Positions 9,096-19,166 of a DNA stretch of 64,000 bases are shown piece after piece. The stretch's first letter is position 1. Each line of letters opens with the position of its first letter. The stretch covers positions 5,113-69,112 of the forward strand of contig JBOGVD010000085.1 in the NCBI GenBank assembly GCA_050696355.1. The letters are read 5' to 3'. A program made the translations under genes and the position numbers. The DNA is from Actinomycetota bacterium (GTDB lineage: Bacteria > Actinomycetota > UBA4738 > HRBIN12). The notes beneath the pieces are model-generated. The model did not search any database. It was given only the letters and a program-made list of their open reading frames with translations, and was not told the DNA's origin.

Positions 9096-9570
9096 CGTTC
9101 TCTCTCCTCCACCGTCAGCGCGTCCCGCATCGCAGCCCGGCCTCGCGCCAGATGCACCCGTATTGTGCTCTCCTTCGTGCCGAGCATCCTCGCGACCTCG
9201 CTCGTCTCGAACCCCGCCCAGTCGCGGAGCACCACCGACTGCCGCTGTCGGAGCGGGAGACGTCGGAGCGCGTCCACCACCGACACCCGTTCACCGGGAT
9301 CGGCGACCCGGCTCCGCTCCGGCACCGTTCCCACGACCTCCCTCGCCGCCCGGCGGCGCCGCTTCGCGCACAGCGCATCGCCGTCTTGAACACGTACCCG
9401 CCCGCGTGGTCCTCGCCGTGGATCTGGCCCCAGTGGGACCAGAGCCGGCCGAACGCCTCGGCCGCCACGTCCTCGGCGTCCCCGCGATCGAGCAGCACCA
9501 GGGCGCACGCACGGACCACCCGCGGCAGGTGCCCTAAATAGAAGGCTTCGAACCCGGCTCGATCCGGCAC
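9092..9570 (-). pseudogene. ECF-type RNA polymerase sigma factor with an apparent single frameshift
   Basis: Region 2 (AEDVAAEAFGRLWSHW...YVFKTAMR) is in the frame of ORF 9115..9570. Region 4 (LCAKRRRRAAR...LPLRQRQSVVLRDWAGFETSEVARMLGTKESTIRVHLARGR) is in the frame of ORF 9092..9508. The switch is at about 9368-9378. Confidence 0.75.
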
Positions 9571-9629
9571 GTACCCGTTCTATCCCGCAGCCGGCTCGAG
9601 CGCTTACTCGAGGGCTCGAGAGATCGCCC

Positions 9630-10028
9630 TCAGCCGACGAGGTGTGAGCCGAAGCGGACGAAGCCGGCCTGACGGTCGTGTACAGCGACGGTCGCGATGC
9701 CCAACAGGTCGGCCTTCCTTCGGAGCTGGTCCAGGACCTTCGCGCTCGGCGAGCCGTAGATATCGATGGTTCGGAGCACCACCAGGTCCGTGAACCTCGC
9801 GAACACGGGGCCGGCGATCTCCATGTGCCGTTCCATCGACGCCGAGTCGGGGTGGACCTGCAGCACCGTCATGAGGCGATCGTCGTCGCTGAAGAACACC
9901 TGATAGGAGATCGGGTCGGCCTCGTTCCTCTCGACGAACTCCGCGAGCTCGACCACGGCACGCCGGAGCTCCTCGAGCTTTCCCTCCAGGATCTCGGAGG
10001 AATCGACGAAGACGATCGGATCCGTCAT
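9630..10028 (-). CDS. hypothetical protein (possibly a dimeric alpha-beta barrel / ABM-like fold)
   Basis: Start chosen at ATG 10028 (MTDPIVFVD). The composition is coherent, but I saw no diagnostic motif. Confidence 0.5.
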   Translation of the reverse strand: MTDPIVFVDSSEILEGKLEELRRAVVELAEFVERNEADPISYQVFFSDDDRLMTVLQVHPDSASMERHMEIAGPVFARFTDLVVLRTIDIYGSPSAKVLDQLRRKADLLGIATVAVHDRQAGFVRFGSHLVG

Positions 10029-10086
10029 GCCTCGGACCTTAGATCGGGCATCCACGGCTCGCAAACGCGCCGCAGCGATCCGTCCG

Positions 10087-11379
10087 CTACAGCGACCTCA
10101 GGATCGACGAGACGGCATCCATCACACTCTCCGCCGAGCCGAAGCCCGCGTGCACCCGCGTGCCGTGGGCGTGGAGGACGATCGCGGACACCTCGGCGCG
10201 TGAGACCCAGCGCTCGAGCGCCCTGCTGAACTCCTGCGCGTCCTGCGGTGTGTCCCAGACGGTGCTGAGGATCACGGCCACGTCCTCGCCGTCGCTCCAG
10301 GCCCGGTAGATCCCCCCACCCCAGCCGGCCGCGGCGGCCGCCGCCGGCGCGTCGTCCAGCTCGAGGTCGAACAAGGCCTTCAGCCAGACCTCTCCGACCA
10401 CCATCACGTCGTGATCGCGCCATCCGGGACCGAACGTGGGGGCGAAGTCCGCGATGTCCACGGGCTCAGCCCCCTCGTCGGGGAACTTCGCCGGATGGAG
10501 GATCTGCTCGCTGGTGGTGGGAAACGTCCGCAGGGCGCGGTCGATCGCCGAGGGGCCGCCCTCGTCGGAGAGCGCATCGGCGAACCGCTGTCCCGCGGTG
10601 TACGGGTAGGCCTGGAGCTCGAGGATCAGCGGGGGGACCCCGGCCGTCGAGCCGCCCCCTGGCACCGAGCCGGTCTCACCGACCGGATACCGCAACAGCA
10701 CCTGCGTCGCGAAGTGGTTCGCGCTCCCCTCCACGACACCCAGGGACGCGAGGAACCGCTCGTCCTCGCAGCGCATCACCATGTCGTCCAGCCGGTCGAG
10801 GTCGAAGTGCTGGTCGTCGATCGCGTGCGTGAGCTCGTGCGCGAGCACGAAGTGCTCGATCCTGTCGAGCTCGGCGTCGCCCGTATAGACGAGCTCCTCG
10901 TTCTGCGAGTTGTAGAACCCCAGGACCTGGCCCTGCTGGTACGCGTCGAGCGCCTCGAGGATCCCCACGTGGGGCGGGATCGCCCCGATCGTCGCCCACA
11001 CGTCGCTCCGACGCGCGTAGAGCTCGGCCGGGTAGTACGCGTCGAGGTACGCGCGCAGCCGCCGATCCATCTCCTCGGGCGTGATGGGCTCGACGTTCAC
11101 CGGCCGCTCGAACACCAGGCCTCGCACGGACTCGACCTGCGCCGTCACCTCCGCGATCTTCGGCGGCGTCGGCACCTCGGTCACCGGGTCGGCCACGATG
11201 TCGGCCGATATGCACAGCCGGCGCATCGCCTGGCGCGCCGTCGTCGACCCGGTCCGCACCTCGACCGGCGCGCGGCCCGACGACGGGGTCTCGGGCGGCT
11301 CGCTAGGCCCCGAGGGTTCCTGCGTACAGGCCGCGACGAGGAACGGCAGGAGCACCCGGGCGGCCCGGGGTCGCCTCAC
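10087..11379 (-). CDS. putative zinc metalloprotease lipoprotein (HExxH)
   Basis: Lipobox LVAAC and HELTHAIDDQH (HExxH). The GTG start overlaps the upstream stop as GTGA. Confidence 0.65.
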   Translation of the reverse strand: MRRPRAARVLLPFLVAACTQEPSGPSEPPETPSSGRAPVEVRTGSTTARQAMRRLCISADIVADPVTEVPTPPKIAEVTAQVESVRGLVFERPVNVEPITPEEMDRRLRAYLDAYYPAELYARRSDVWATIGAIPPHVGILEALDAYQQGQVLGFYNSQNEELVYTGDAELDRIEHFVLAHELTHAIDDQHFDLDRLDDMVMRCEDERFLASLGVVEGSANHFATQVLLRYPVGETGSVPGGGSTAGVPPLILELQAYPYTAGQRFADALSDEGGPSAIDRALRTFPTTSEQILHPAKFPDEGAEPVDIADFAPTFGPGWRDHDVMVVGEVWLKALFDLELDDAPAAAAAAGWGGGIYRAWSDGEDVAVILSTVWDTPQDAQEFSRALERWVSRAEVSAIVLHAHGTRVHAGFGSAESVMDAVSSILRSL

Positions 11380-11546
11380 CGTCGCCTCGAGACGACCACC
11401 GCGCTCAGCCCGGCGACGATCGCGAGTCCCGAGAGGACCGCCGAGGCGATCAGCAGGCCGGTGGACTCGAGGAAGCCCGCCGCCGAGATCCCCAGCGTCA
11501 CGATCGCGGCCACCCAGAGCAGCACCGCCACCGCGTACGCGATCAC
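11376..11546 (-). CDS. small two-helix membrane protein (56 aa)
   Basis: Sequence is [56 protein letters not shown]. It has GTGA overlaps at both ends, with the glyQS stop and the metalloprotease start. Confidence 0.5.
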   Translation of the reverse strand: MIAYAVAVLLWVAAIVTLGISAAGFLESTGLLIASAVLSGLAIVAGLSAVVVSRRR

Positions 11547-12859
11547 AGACGCTCCGACACGTAGGCGACGAGCCCGTCGATCGGCAGCCGGTCCTGGGCC
11601 ATCGAGTCTCGCTCCCGCACCGTCACCTGGGCGTCGTCGAGGGAGTCGAAGTCGACCGTGACGCAGAACGGCGTCCCGACCTCGTCCTGCCGCCGATAGC
11701 GCCGACCGATCGAGCCCGCGTCGTCGAAATCGCACGTCCACTCGCCCTTCACCAGGTCGAACACGCGCCGGGCCTCGGGCGTCAGCTTCTCGTTGCGGGA
11801 CAGCGGGAGCACGGCCACCTTCGTGGGCGCGAGTCGCCGGTCCAGCGCGAGGTACGTGCGCTTCTCGGTGTCTCCCTTGGCGCTCGGCGCCTCCTCCTCC
11901 CGATAGGCGTCCAGCAGGAACGCGAGCACGGCACGGTCCACGCCCGCCGCCGGCTCGATCACGTACGGGTGGTAGCGGTCGTTCTTCTCCTGGTCGAAGT
12001 AGGTGAGGTCCTCCCCCGAGGCTGCCTGGTGCGCCTTCAGGTCGAAGTCGGTCCGGTTCGCGATGCCCTCGAGCTCGCCCCAGTCCGTGAACGGGAACCG
12101 ATACTCGATGTCGACGGTGCGCTTGGAGTAGTGCGAGAGCTCGTCGGCATCGTGCTCCCGGACGCGGAGGTGGCCCTCCCGGAGCCCGAGGTCAGTCCAC
12201 CAGCGCATCCGCTCCGCGATCCAGGTGTCGTGCCACTCCTCGTCGGTGCCCGGCTCCACGAAGAACTCCATCTCCATCTGCTCGAACTCGCGCAGGCGGT
12301 AGATGAAGTTCCCCGGCGTGATCTCGTTGCGGAACGAGCGCCCGATCTGGGCGATCCCGAACGGGATCTTCTTCCGGCTCACCTGCTGGATCGTGACGAA
12401 GTCGACGAACATCCCCTGCGCGGTCTCCGGTCGCAGGTAGACCGCGTTCTCGGCGTCCTCGACCGGGCCCATGTTCGTCTTGAACATCAGGTGGAAGTTC
12501 CGCGGCTCGGTGAAGGCCGTCTGCCCGCAGTTCGGGCACGCGGGTGGCTCGGGCAGGTGGTCGGCGCGGAACCGCTGATGGCAGTTCAGGCACTCCACGA
12601 GCGGGTCGGTGAACACGTCGAGGTGGCCGGATGCCTCCCAGACCTTGGGCGACATGATCACGGCCGTCTCGAGCCCGACGACGTCGTCGCGCAACTGGAC
12701 CGTCGAACGCCACCACTGCTCGCGAACGTTGCGTTTGATCTCGGTGCCGAGCGGCCCGTAGTCCCACGACGAGCGGAGCCCGCCGTAGATCTCCGAGGAC
12801 TGGAACGCGATCCCACGCCGCTTGGCGAGGGACGTGACGGCCTCCATCAAGTCGGCCAT
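11543..12859 (-). CDS. glyQS: glycine--tRNA ligase (class II, dimeric type)
   Basis: Full-length GlyRS-like sequence ([13 protein letters not shown]..., [25 protein letters not shown]). Start at ATG 12859 with AAGGAG upstream. Confidence 0.95.
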   Translation of the reverse strand: MADLMEAVTSLAKRRGIAFQSSEIYGGLRSSWDYGPLGTEIKRNVREQWWRSTVQLRDDVVGLETAVIMSPKVWEASGHLDVFTDPLVECLNCHQRFRADHLPEPPACPNCGQTAFTEPRNFHLMFKTNMGPVEDAENAVYLRPETAQGMFVDFVTIQQVSRKKIPFGIAQIGRSFRNEITPGNFIYRLREFEQMEMEFFVEPGTDEEWHDTWIAERMRWWTDLGLREGHLRVREHDADELSHYSKRTVDIEYRFPFTDWGELEGIANRTDFDLKAHQAASGEDLTYFDQEKNDRYHPYVIEPAAGVDRAVLAFLLDAYREEEAPSAKGDTEKRTYLALDRRLAPTKVAVLPLSRNEKLTPEARRVFDLVKGEWTCDFDDAGSIGRRYRRQDEVGTPFCVTVDFDSLDDAQVTVRERDSMAQDRLPIDGLVAYVSERL

Positions 12860-12966
12860 GAGGTGTGGACTCCTTTCCCGGTCGCTGGCTGCGGCCGCCG
12901 GCGTGCCGCTCATGCTACCGGGGCGGGCCGATCAACCCGGCGTCGAGGTCTCCCGATACCTCCGAC

Positions 12967-13539
12967 ATGCCCATCGGACGCTCGTGCCGGTCCTGCGGCG
13001 CCGCCCTCCCACCGGACCTCCGCCGGTGCTCCGGCTGCTACGCGCCGGTGACCACCTTCACGGCTCGCGCGCCGCTCCACGAGCCGGGCGCCTTCGTGGG
13101 GTCCCTGACGCCGACGCCTTCCACCTCTCGGTGGCACGGCGGCGCGACGTCCTTCGGTCCGGTCGGGAGGATCCTCTGCACGCTCGCGCTCCAAGCCTTC
13201 TTCCCCTGGTGGGGGCTCGCCGGGTTCAACCCGTTCTTCCTCTGGTCGCTGATGGGCTGGCTGTTGGCCGCCGTCATCGTCCTCCGCAGCGTCTGGAAGC
13301 GGGAACCGCTCACGGGCCCGGCGCCGGCACCCCGGTGGGCGCGATATCGCGAGCGCCACCCGGTCCTGGGGATGGAGCTACGACTGGGCGGGAACGGGCG
13401 CACCTTGCTCGTGGTCCTCGCCTTCGGATGCGCCGCGGCGGCATGGCTGTCGTTCGATGACGGGATGCGCTACCTGTGGGCCGCGGTCGCGATCGTGGCG
13501 GGTGTCGGGATCTTCCTGGGGACCTGGAACGACCTCTAG
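12967..13539 (+). CDS. zinc-ribbon membrane protein, hypothetical
   Basis: MPIGRSCRSCGAAL...CSGC (CxxC-x12-CxxC) followed by several TM helices. Start taken at ATG 12967. Confidence 0.55.
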   Translation: MPIGRSCRSCGAALPPDLRRCSGCYAPVTTFTARAPLHEPGAFVGSLTPTPSTSRWHGGATSFGPVGRILCTLALQAFFPWWGLAGFNPFFLWSLMGWLLAAVIVLRSVWKREPLTGPAPAPRWARYRERHPVLGMELRLGGNGRTLLVVLAFGCAAAAWLSFDDGMRYLWAAVAIVAGVGIFLGTWNDL

Positions 13540-15074
13540 GCCCCCCGGGTCGAGGCCGGACCGCCGGCCGAGTCCCCGGACGGACCCTGCTGTCCCTGGA
13601 GCCGGTCGCCACCCGGCTTCTTGCGCGCGGCTGTCTTCGCCAGGGCCGCGCGAACCGCTCCCTGGTCGACGTCGCCGGTGCCCGCGTGCTCCCGGTCGCT
13701 CTCGGTGAGGCGGAGGAAGGTCTTGAGCGCCGCCTCGTGCGCCTTGGCGTCCTCGGCGTCCTGATCGACAGGCGTCGATGCGGGCTCAGCGGTGTCGACG
13801 GTGGACGCGTTCGCCGCGACGCGGCGCTCCGAAGTGGGAGCCGTGCTGGGTGCCGGGGCCTTCACAGGGGCCTCGACCGGGGTCGGGGATTCCCTCACGG
13901 GATCCGCGGGCGCGAGAGCCTCCTTCGCGGGCGTCGACGGAGCGAGCGCCGCGGGGCGTGGCGCCGCGGGCCGATCGATCTGCTCGACCTGAGCGGCGGC
14001 GGCGGGTCTCTGCGGTTCGTCCTTCGGCTCCTTCTGCGCCCGTTTGGCCCGTTCCTTCTTCCGCGCCGATCCGGGCGGAGGTCTCTGGTCGCGCGAGGCG
14101 CGGGCGAGGGGACCGGCGAGCGCCACGGCCCGAGCGTCGCGGACCTTCGGCTCGACGACGTCGGACTCGGGGACCTGGACGATCGAAGGCTCTCCCGCTG
14201 CCGGCGGCGACGTCGGGGGGGAAGCGTCGGTGCGGGTCGGGGTCGCCGCTGCCTTTGACAAGGTTCGCTGGATCTCCCCCTCGAGTCGGCGACGCCCCGC
14301 CTCCGACTCCTTGAGCTTCTGCTGCAACCTCCCTACGCGCTCCGAGGCCAGCCGATAGACCTCGTGCACCGCGTGAAGCCGGTCGTTGTCGATCAGCGAG
14401 TAGCCGGCCGGGACGGACGAGATGGCGAACGGGACACCGGCATTGATGCGTGCGATCGGATCGCGCAACGACAAGCCCGTCATCACCAGGAGAGCGAGGA
14501 CCATGACGCCGGCCAGCAGCTCGTACCGCAGCCATTCCGCTCGAGCGCCCGCCATCGTCCCCGCATCGGTCTGATCGATCTCGACGACGAACTCTTCTCC
14601 GAGCGAGACGTAGGTCCGGAGCAGGCTGCGCCCCGGGTCGTTCGAACCGGTCTCGTCCAGATTCGAGAGCGTGAGCGTGCCTTCCCGCGCGGCCAGCTGG
14701 AGCACCTCGTCGTTGAAGGCCGCCATCGAACCCTCGTCGTCCGAACGATCCGACGAGAACAGCAGGCTCCCGTCGGTCGAGGACCAGAGGCGAACGCGTG
14801 ACACGCGATCGTCGGTCAGGATCGAAACCACCGCCGTCTCGAGCGGATCCTGCTGATCCGCGGTCGGCGCAGCCAGGCCGGTGTCATCGAGGAGCGGGTC
14901 GATCACGTCCTCGACGTAGCCCACGGCGCGGCCCTGCGCTGCCGCTCGCCGGTCGTCCAGCACGTTGCCCGCGTGGACGATCGCGAACACCAACGCGCCC
15001 ATCGCGACCAGGGTCAAGGCCCCCCAGACGTACTTGCTCGCCTCGTCCCTGGTGAAGCGGTCGATCAAACCCAT
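13536..15074 (-). CDS. membrane protein with extracytoplasmic domain, coiled coil and a long Pro/Ala/Glu-rich disordered tail
   Basis: Start at ATG 15074 (MGLIDRFTRDEASKYVWGALTLVAMGALVFAIV) and a second TM around 14450. The tail is low complexity. Confidence 0.55.
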   Translation of the reverse strand: MGLIDRFTRDEASKYVWGALTLVAMGALVFAIVHAGNVLDDRRAAAQGRAVGYVEDVIDPLLDDTGLAAPTADQQDPLETAVVSILTDDRVSRVRLWSSTDGSLLFSSDRSDDEGSMAAFNDEVLQLAAREGTLTLSNLDETGSNDPGRSLLRTYVSLGEEFVVEIDQTDAGTMAGARAEWLRYELLAGVMVLALLVMTGLSLRDPIARINAGVPFAISSVPAGYSLIDNDRLHAVHEVYRLASERVGRLQQKLKESEAGRRRLEGEIQRTLSKAAATPTRTDASPPTSPPAAGEPSIVQVPESDVVEPKVRDARAVALAGPLARASRDQRPPPGSARKKERAKRAQKEPKDEPQRPAAAAQVEQIDRPAAPRPAALAPSTPAKEALAPADPVRESPTPVEAPVKAPAPSTAPTSERRVAANASTVDTAEPASTPVDQDAEDAKAHEAALKTFLRLTESDREHAGTGDVDQGAVRAALAKTAARKKPGGDRLQGQQGPSGDSAGGPASTRGA

Positions 15075-15226
15075 CGCTCTTCCCTCGCCCGTCCACGGAG
15101 CACGGCGTCCCAGCTCCCGCGCTCCGAGGCACGATACCCCGTCCGGCCTCGGATGCGACACGGCCGAACGACCACGGGTGGGCTAGGCCCTCTGCCGGTG
15201 GAAGGGCCGGAAGACCTAGAGGCTGG

Positions 15227-15970
15227 TCACGGCTCGTCGGCGAGGCCGCCGAAGCGCCTGGAGCGCTTCTGGAAGTCGCGGATCGCCTCGAACAGATGCT
15301 CCCGATCGAAGTCCGGCCAGAACACCGGTGTGAACCAGAGCTCCGAGTAGGCCACCTCCCACAGGAGGAAGTTCGAGATCCGCTGCTCCCCGCTCGTGCG
15401 GATCAGTAGATCGGGGGGCGGCATGTCGGGCGCGTACAGGCGCTCGGCGATCGAGGCCTCATCGATCCCCTCGGGCCGCAAGGTCCCGGCGCGAACCTCG
15501 CGCGCCAGCTCCTTCACCGCATCGACGATCTCCGCCCGTCCCCCGTAGTTGAACGCGATCGACAACGTGGTGCCCGTGTTCGCCTCCGTGAGATCCTCCG
15601 CGACCTGGATCTCCTTGAGGACGGAGCGGGGCACCCGCCAGTTGCGGCGGCCGATGAATCGGATCCGGACGTTCATCTCGTGCAGCTCGTCGCGACGGCG
15701 TCGGAGCAGGCGCCGGTTGAAGTCCATCAGGTAGCGGACCTCGCCGGGCGGGCGACGCCAGTTCTCGGTCGAGAACGCGAACACGGTGAGCCAGCGGACC
15801 CCCACGGCGACCGCGCCCTGCACGGTGTCCCACAGGGCGTCCTCCCCCGCGCCGTGTCCCTCGGTCCGGGGCAGGCCGCGCTGCTCCGCCCAGCGGCCGT
15901 TGCCGTCCATGACGATCGCGACGTGCGCCGGGATGCGCTCGAGGTCGAGGTCCTGCAGGTAGCTGCTCAT
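15227..15970 (-). CDS. uppS: isoprenyl transferase (undecaprenyl diphosphate synthase family)
   Basis: HVAIVMDGNGRWA, FAFSTENWRRP and RTSGEQRISNFLLWE motifs. The ATG at 15970 overlaps the recO stop (ATGA). Confidence 0.9.
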   Translation of the reverse strand: MSSYLQDLDLERIPAHVAIVMDGNGRWAEQRGLPRTEGHGAGEDALWDTVQGAVAVGVRWLTVFAFSTENWRRPPGEVRYLMDFNRRLLRRRRDELHEMNVRIRFIGRRNWRVPRSVLKEIQVAEDLTEANTGTTLSIAFNYGGRAEIVDAVKELAREVRAGTLRPEGIDEASIAERLYAPDMPPPDLLIRTSGEQRISNFLLWEVAYSELWFTPVFWPDFDREHLFEAIRDFQKRSRRFGGLADEP

Positions 15971-16707
15971 GTCGCCGTCCGTACGAGCATCGGGACCGAC
16001 TTCATCCGTCGTTCCAGGTGGTACTCGGCGAAGCCGAACAGGAGCGCGCGCGATTCCTTCCGCGTGCGCGGCTCGGGCGCCACCGTGTCGCCGGCGTCTG
16101 CGAGGTCCACCTGCGCGAGCCCGCCGAGGAACGAGAGCGCCGCGGCCGAGACGTGGCCCGCGCCCGGCTCGGCGTCGGCTGCGCAGATCGCCCCGCCGAG
16201 TCCCGCCGAGAACAGCTGCACGTCGGTGCTGCCGCAGGCGGCGCACGCCGCGAGGCTCGGGTGGAAGCCGGAGACCGACAGGAGCTTCAGCAGGAAGGAC
16301 TCGGCGACCGCCGCCGGATCGGCCGGCCTCGTCTCCAGCGCGCGGAGCCCCGACAGGAGCAGGAGCACGAGCCGGACGTTCCGCTCGTGCTCCTCGGCGA
16401 CGCGGTCCACGGCCTCGAGCATCGTCTCGCCGGCGGCGAACAACGCGAGGTCGTCGCGGATCGCGCGGTGCGGGGCGATGATCTCGGCCTGCGTGATCGT
16501 GTCGAGGGAGCCGCGGCCGCGGTACAGCATCAGGTTCACGTGGGTGAACGGCTCCAATCGGCCGCCGAAGCGGCTCATCGTCTTACGGATCCCCTTGGCA
16601 ACGCCGCGGACCTTGCCGGAGCCCTGGGTCATCACGGTGACGATCTTGTCGGCTTCGCCGAGCTTCGCCGACCGCAGGACGACGCCCTGCTCCTTGTAGG
16701 GGGGCAT
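15967..16707 (-). CDS. recO: DNA repair protein RecO
   Basis: N-terminal OB-fold pattern GVVLRSAKLGEADKIVTVMTQGSGKVRGVAKG and a C-terminal CAACG zinc motif. It has the conserved position next to uppS and era. Confidence 0.9.
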   Translation of the reverse strand: MPPYKEQGVVLRSAKLGEADKIVTVMTQGSGKVRGVAKGIRKTMSRFGGRLEPFTHVNLMLYRGRGSLDTITQAEIIAPHRAIRDDLALFAAGETMLEAVDRVAEEHERNVRLVLLLLSGLRALETRPADPAAVAESFLLKLLSVSGFHPSLAACAACGSTDVQLFSAGLGGAICAADAEPGAGHVSAAALSFLGGLAQVDLADAGDTVAPEPRTRKESRALLFGFAEYHLERRMKSVPMLVRTAT

Positions 16708-16783
16708 CCGCCGATGGTAGCCCCGGCCGAACCCACTTCACCCCAGGAGGGGTGTGGTGTTTCCGTTGCGAACGGGTCCTGCG

Positions 16784-17644
16784 CTAGGCACCGACCGGGT
16801 GCCAGACCGTCTTGAACTCGACGAAGGCCGTGATCTCGAAGGGACTCTGGGCCTCGTCGCTGAACGGGTCCGCGTCCGGCCCCCGATGGACCCGCTTCAC
16901 GTTCTCGGCCGAGAGCACCTCGGCTTCGGTGCGGCCCTCCGCCGGGATCCCCGTGGCGTCGAGCGCGTTCACGTCCATGTGCCCGGCGAGCCACGGCACC
17001 AACTCATCGGTGAGGCCGCTCAGGATGTTAACGACACCGCCGGGCACGTCGGAGGTCGCGAGGACCTCCCCGAGCGAGACCGCCGGCAGCGGCGACCGCT
17101 CGCTCGCGAGCACGACCGCGGTGTTGCCGCTCACGACCGCCGGCGCCACGCGAGACACCAGCCCGAGCAAGGACTGGTCCTGGGGAGCGACGATGCCCAC
17201 CACGCCGGTCGGCTCGGGGATCGTGAAGTTGAAGTACGGTCCCGCCACCGGGTTCGACGAGCCCTGGATCTGGTGGACCTTGTCGGCCCACCCCGCGTAC
17301 CAGACCCACCGGTCGATCGCGGCGCTCACGCCTCGCGACGGATCCTCGGCGCCGGCGTCCTTCAGCTCCGATTCGAACTGGACCCTACGGCCCTCCATCA
17401 GCTCCGCCACGCGGTACAGGATCTGGCCTCGGTTCGAGGCGGTCTTCGCGGCCCAGCCGGGCTGGGCGGCGCGCGCCGCTCGCACGGCGTCGCGGAGGTC
17501 CTTGCGCGAGGCGCGGGATGCCCACGCGAGCAGCTCGCCGTCAGCGCCCAGGACCTCGTAGGACCGTCCGGACTCGCTCCGGGGGAACTCGCCGCCGATG
17601 AAGAGCTTCGCCGTCCGACGGACGGGCAGGCGCTCGTCGGTCAC
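16784..17644 (-). CDS. aldehyde dehydrogenase-like protein, short form without a recognisable catalytic Cys/Glu region
   Basis: LFIGGEF..., NFTIPEPTGVVGIVAP and SGNTAVVLAS match the ALDH N-terminal/NAD(P) part. The ORF ends before the ELGG and GQxC regions. The GTG start overlaps the upstream ALDH stop (GTGA). Confidence 0.65.
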   Translation of the reverse strand: MTDERLPVRRTAKLFIGGEFPRSESGRSYEVLGADGELLAWASRASRKDLRDAVRAARAAQPGWAAKTASNRGQILYRVAELMEGRRVQFESELKDAGAEDPSRGVSAAIDRWVWYAGWADKVHQIQGSSNPVAGPYFNFTIPEPTGVVGIVAPQDQSLLGLVSRVAPAVVSGNTAVVLASERSPLPAVSLGEVLATSDVPGGVVNILSGLTDELVPWLAGHMDVNALDATGIPAEGRTEAEVLSAENVKRVHRGPDADPFSDEAQSPFEITAFVEFKTVWHPVGA

Positions 17645-19131
17645 GCCGCGCCATCCCTGGCCGTGAGATCCACGTACGGCGCGAGCCCGTGGAGGCCGCC
17701 CTCCCGGCCGAACCCCGACTCCTTGTAGCCCCCGAACGGCGAGGAGGGGTCGAACCGGTTGAACGTGTTCGCCCACACGACGCCCGCTCGCATCCGCTCG
17801 GCCATCCACAGGATCCGCGACCCCTTCTCGGTCCACACGCCGGCGGACAAACCGTAGGGCGTGTTGTTCGCCTTCTCGACCGCCTCCTCGGGCGTCCGGA
17901 ACGTGAGGATCGAAAGGACGGGACCGAAGATCTCCTCGCGGGCGATGCGATGCGACTGGCTCACGCCCGTGAACAGGGTGGGACGGAACCAGAAGCCGCG
18001 CTCGGGAAGGTCGCAGGCGGGCTGGAACATCTCGGCGCCGTCCTCGACGCCGGACGCCACGAGCTCCTCGATCCTCGTCAGCTGGGCGCGAGAGTTGATC
18101 GCCCCGACGTCCGTGTTCTTGTCGAGGGGGTCACCCACGCGGAGCGTCTGCAGCCGCGCCTTCAACTTCTCGAGGAGGGGCTCGAAGATCGGCTCCTGGA
18201 CGAGGAGACGCGAGCCCGCGCAGCACACGTGGCCCTGGTTGAAGAAGATACCGTTCACGACGCCCTCGACCGCCTGGTCGATCGGCGCGTCCTCGAACAC
18301 GATGTTCGCCGCCTTGCCCCCGAGCTCGAGCGTGAGCCGCTTGTCCGAACCGGCGATCGTCCGGCGGATCTGCTTGCCGACCTCCGTCGAGCCGGTGAAC
18401 GCCACCTTGTCGACGTCGGCGGCGACGAGCGCGGCGCCGGTCTCCCCCGCACCGGTGATCACGTTCACCGCGCCGGGCGGCAGCTCCGCCGCCTGGATCA
18501 CCTCGGCGAGCAGCAGGGCGGTGAGCGGCGTCGTCTCGGCCGGCTTGAGCACGGCCGTGTTCCCGGTGGCGAGCGCCGGCGCGAGCTTCCACGCCGCCAT
18601 CAGCATCGGGAAGTTCCACGGGATCACCTGTCCGGCCACGCCGATCGGCTTCGCGTCGCGACCGGGGAACGCGTAGTCGAGCTTGTCGGCCCATCCCGCG
18701 TAGTAGAAGAAGTGGGCCGCCGCGAGCGGCAGATCGATGTCACGCGATTCCTTGATCGGCTTGCCGCCGTTCATCGACTCGAGGACGGCGAACTCCCTCG
18801 CGCGCTCCTGCAACGCTCTCGCGATCCGGTACAGGTACTTGGCGCGCTCCCGGCCCGGCAGGTCCCGCCAGCGCGAGTCGAAGGCGTCGCGAGCCGCCGT
18901 CACCGCGAGGTCGACGTCCTCGGAACCGGCCTCGGGCACCTCGGCGAGCACCTCTTCGGAGGACGGGTCGATCGTCGCCAGATAGCGGCCGCTCTTCGGC
19001 TCGACGAACTCGCCGCCGATGAACAAGCCGTACCGGTCCTGGAGCCGGACGACGTCCTTCGACTCCGGCGCCTCCGCGTACTCCCACGACGGTGCGGGGG
19101 TCTGCTCCGGGGTCGTGTCCAGCTCGGTCAT
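17641..19131 (-). CDS. aldehyde dehydrogenase (NAD(P)+), full length
   Basis: LFIGGEF, IPWNFPMLMAAWKLAPALATGNTAVLKPAE, LELGGKA and FFNQGHVCCAGSR (catalytic Cys). Start chosen at ATG 19131. Confidence 0.9.
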   Translation of the reverse strand: MTELDTTPEQTPAPSWEYAEAPESKDVVRLQDRYGLFIGGEFVEPKSGRYLATIDPSSEEVLAEVPEAGSEDVDLAVTAARDAFDSRWRDLPGRERAKYLYRIARALQERAREFAVLESMNGGKPIKESRDIDLPLAAAHFFYYAGWADKLDYAFPGRDAKPIGVAGQVIPWNFPMLMAAWKLAPALATGNTAVLKPAETTPLTALLLAEVIQAAELPPGAVNVITGAGETGAALVAADVDKVAFTGSTEVGKQIRRTIAGSDKRLTLELGGKAANIVFEDAPIDQAVEGVVNGIFFNQGHVCCAGSRLLVQEPIFEPLLEKLKARLQTLRVGDPLDKNTDVGAINSRAQLTRIEELVASGVEDGAEMFQPACDLPERGFWFRPTLFTGVSQSHRIAREEIFGPVLSILTFRTPEEAVEKANNTPYGLSAGVWTEKGSRILWMAERMRAGVVWANTFNRFDPSSPFGGYKESGFGREGGLHGLAPYVDLTARDGAA

Positions 19132-19166
19132 CCCACCGGAACGGTAGTCGACTTCCGCCCGGATGA

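Noticed and set aside
9571-9629. Three CTCGAG palindromes within about 30 nt between the sigma gene and the next gene.
   Set aside because: The stems are short (6 bp) in a GC-rich spacer and have no supporting context. They are probably chance or a weak terminator.
13536-14300. The Pro/Ala/Glu/Arg-rich 3' part of gene 13536..15074, considered as a DNA-level repeat array.
   Set aside because: It is compositionally biased but not periodic at the nucleotide level. It is best explained as a disordered protein tail.
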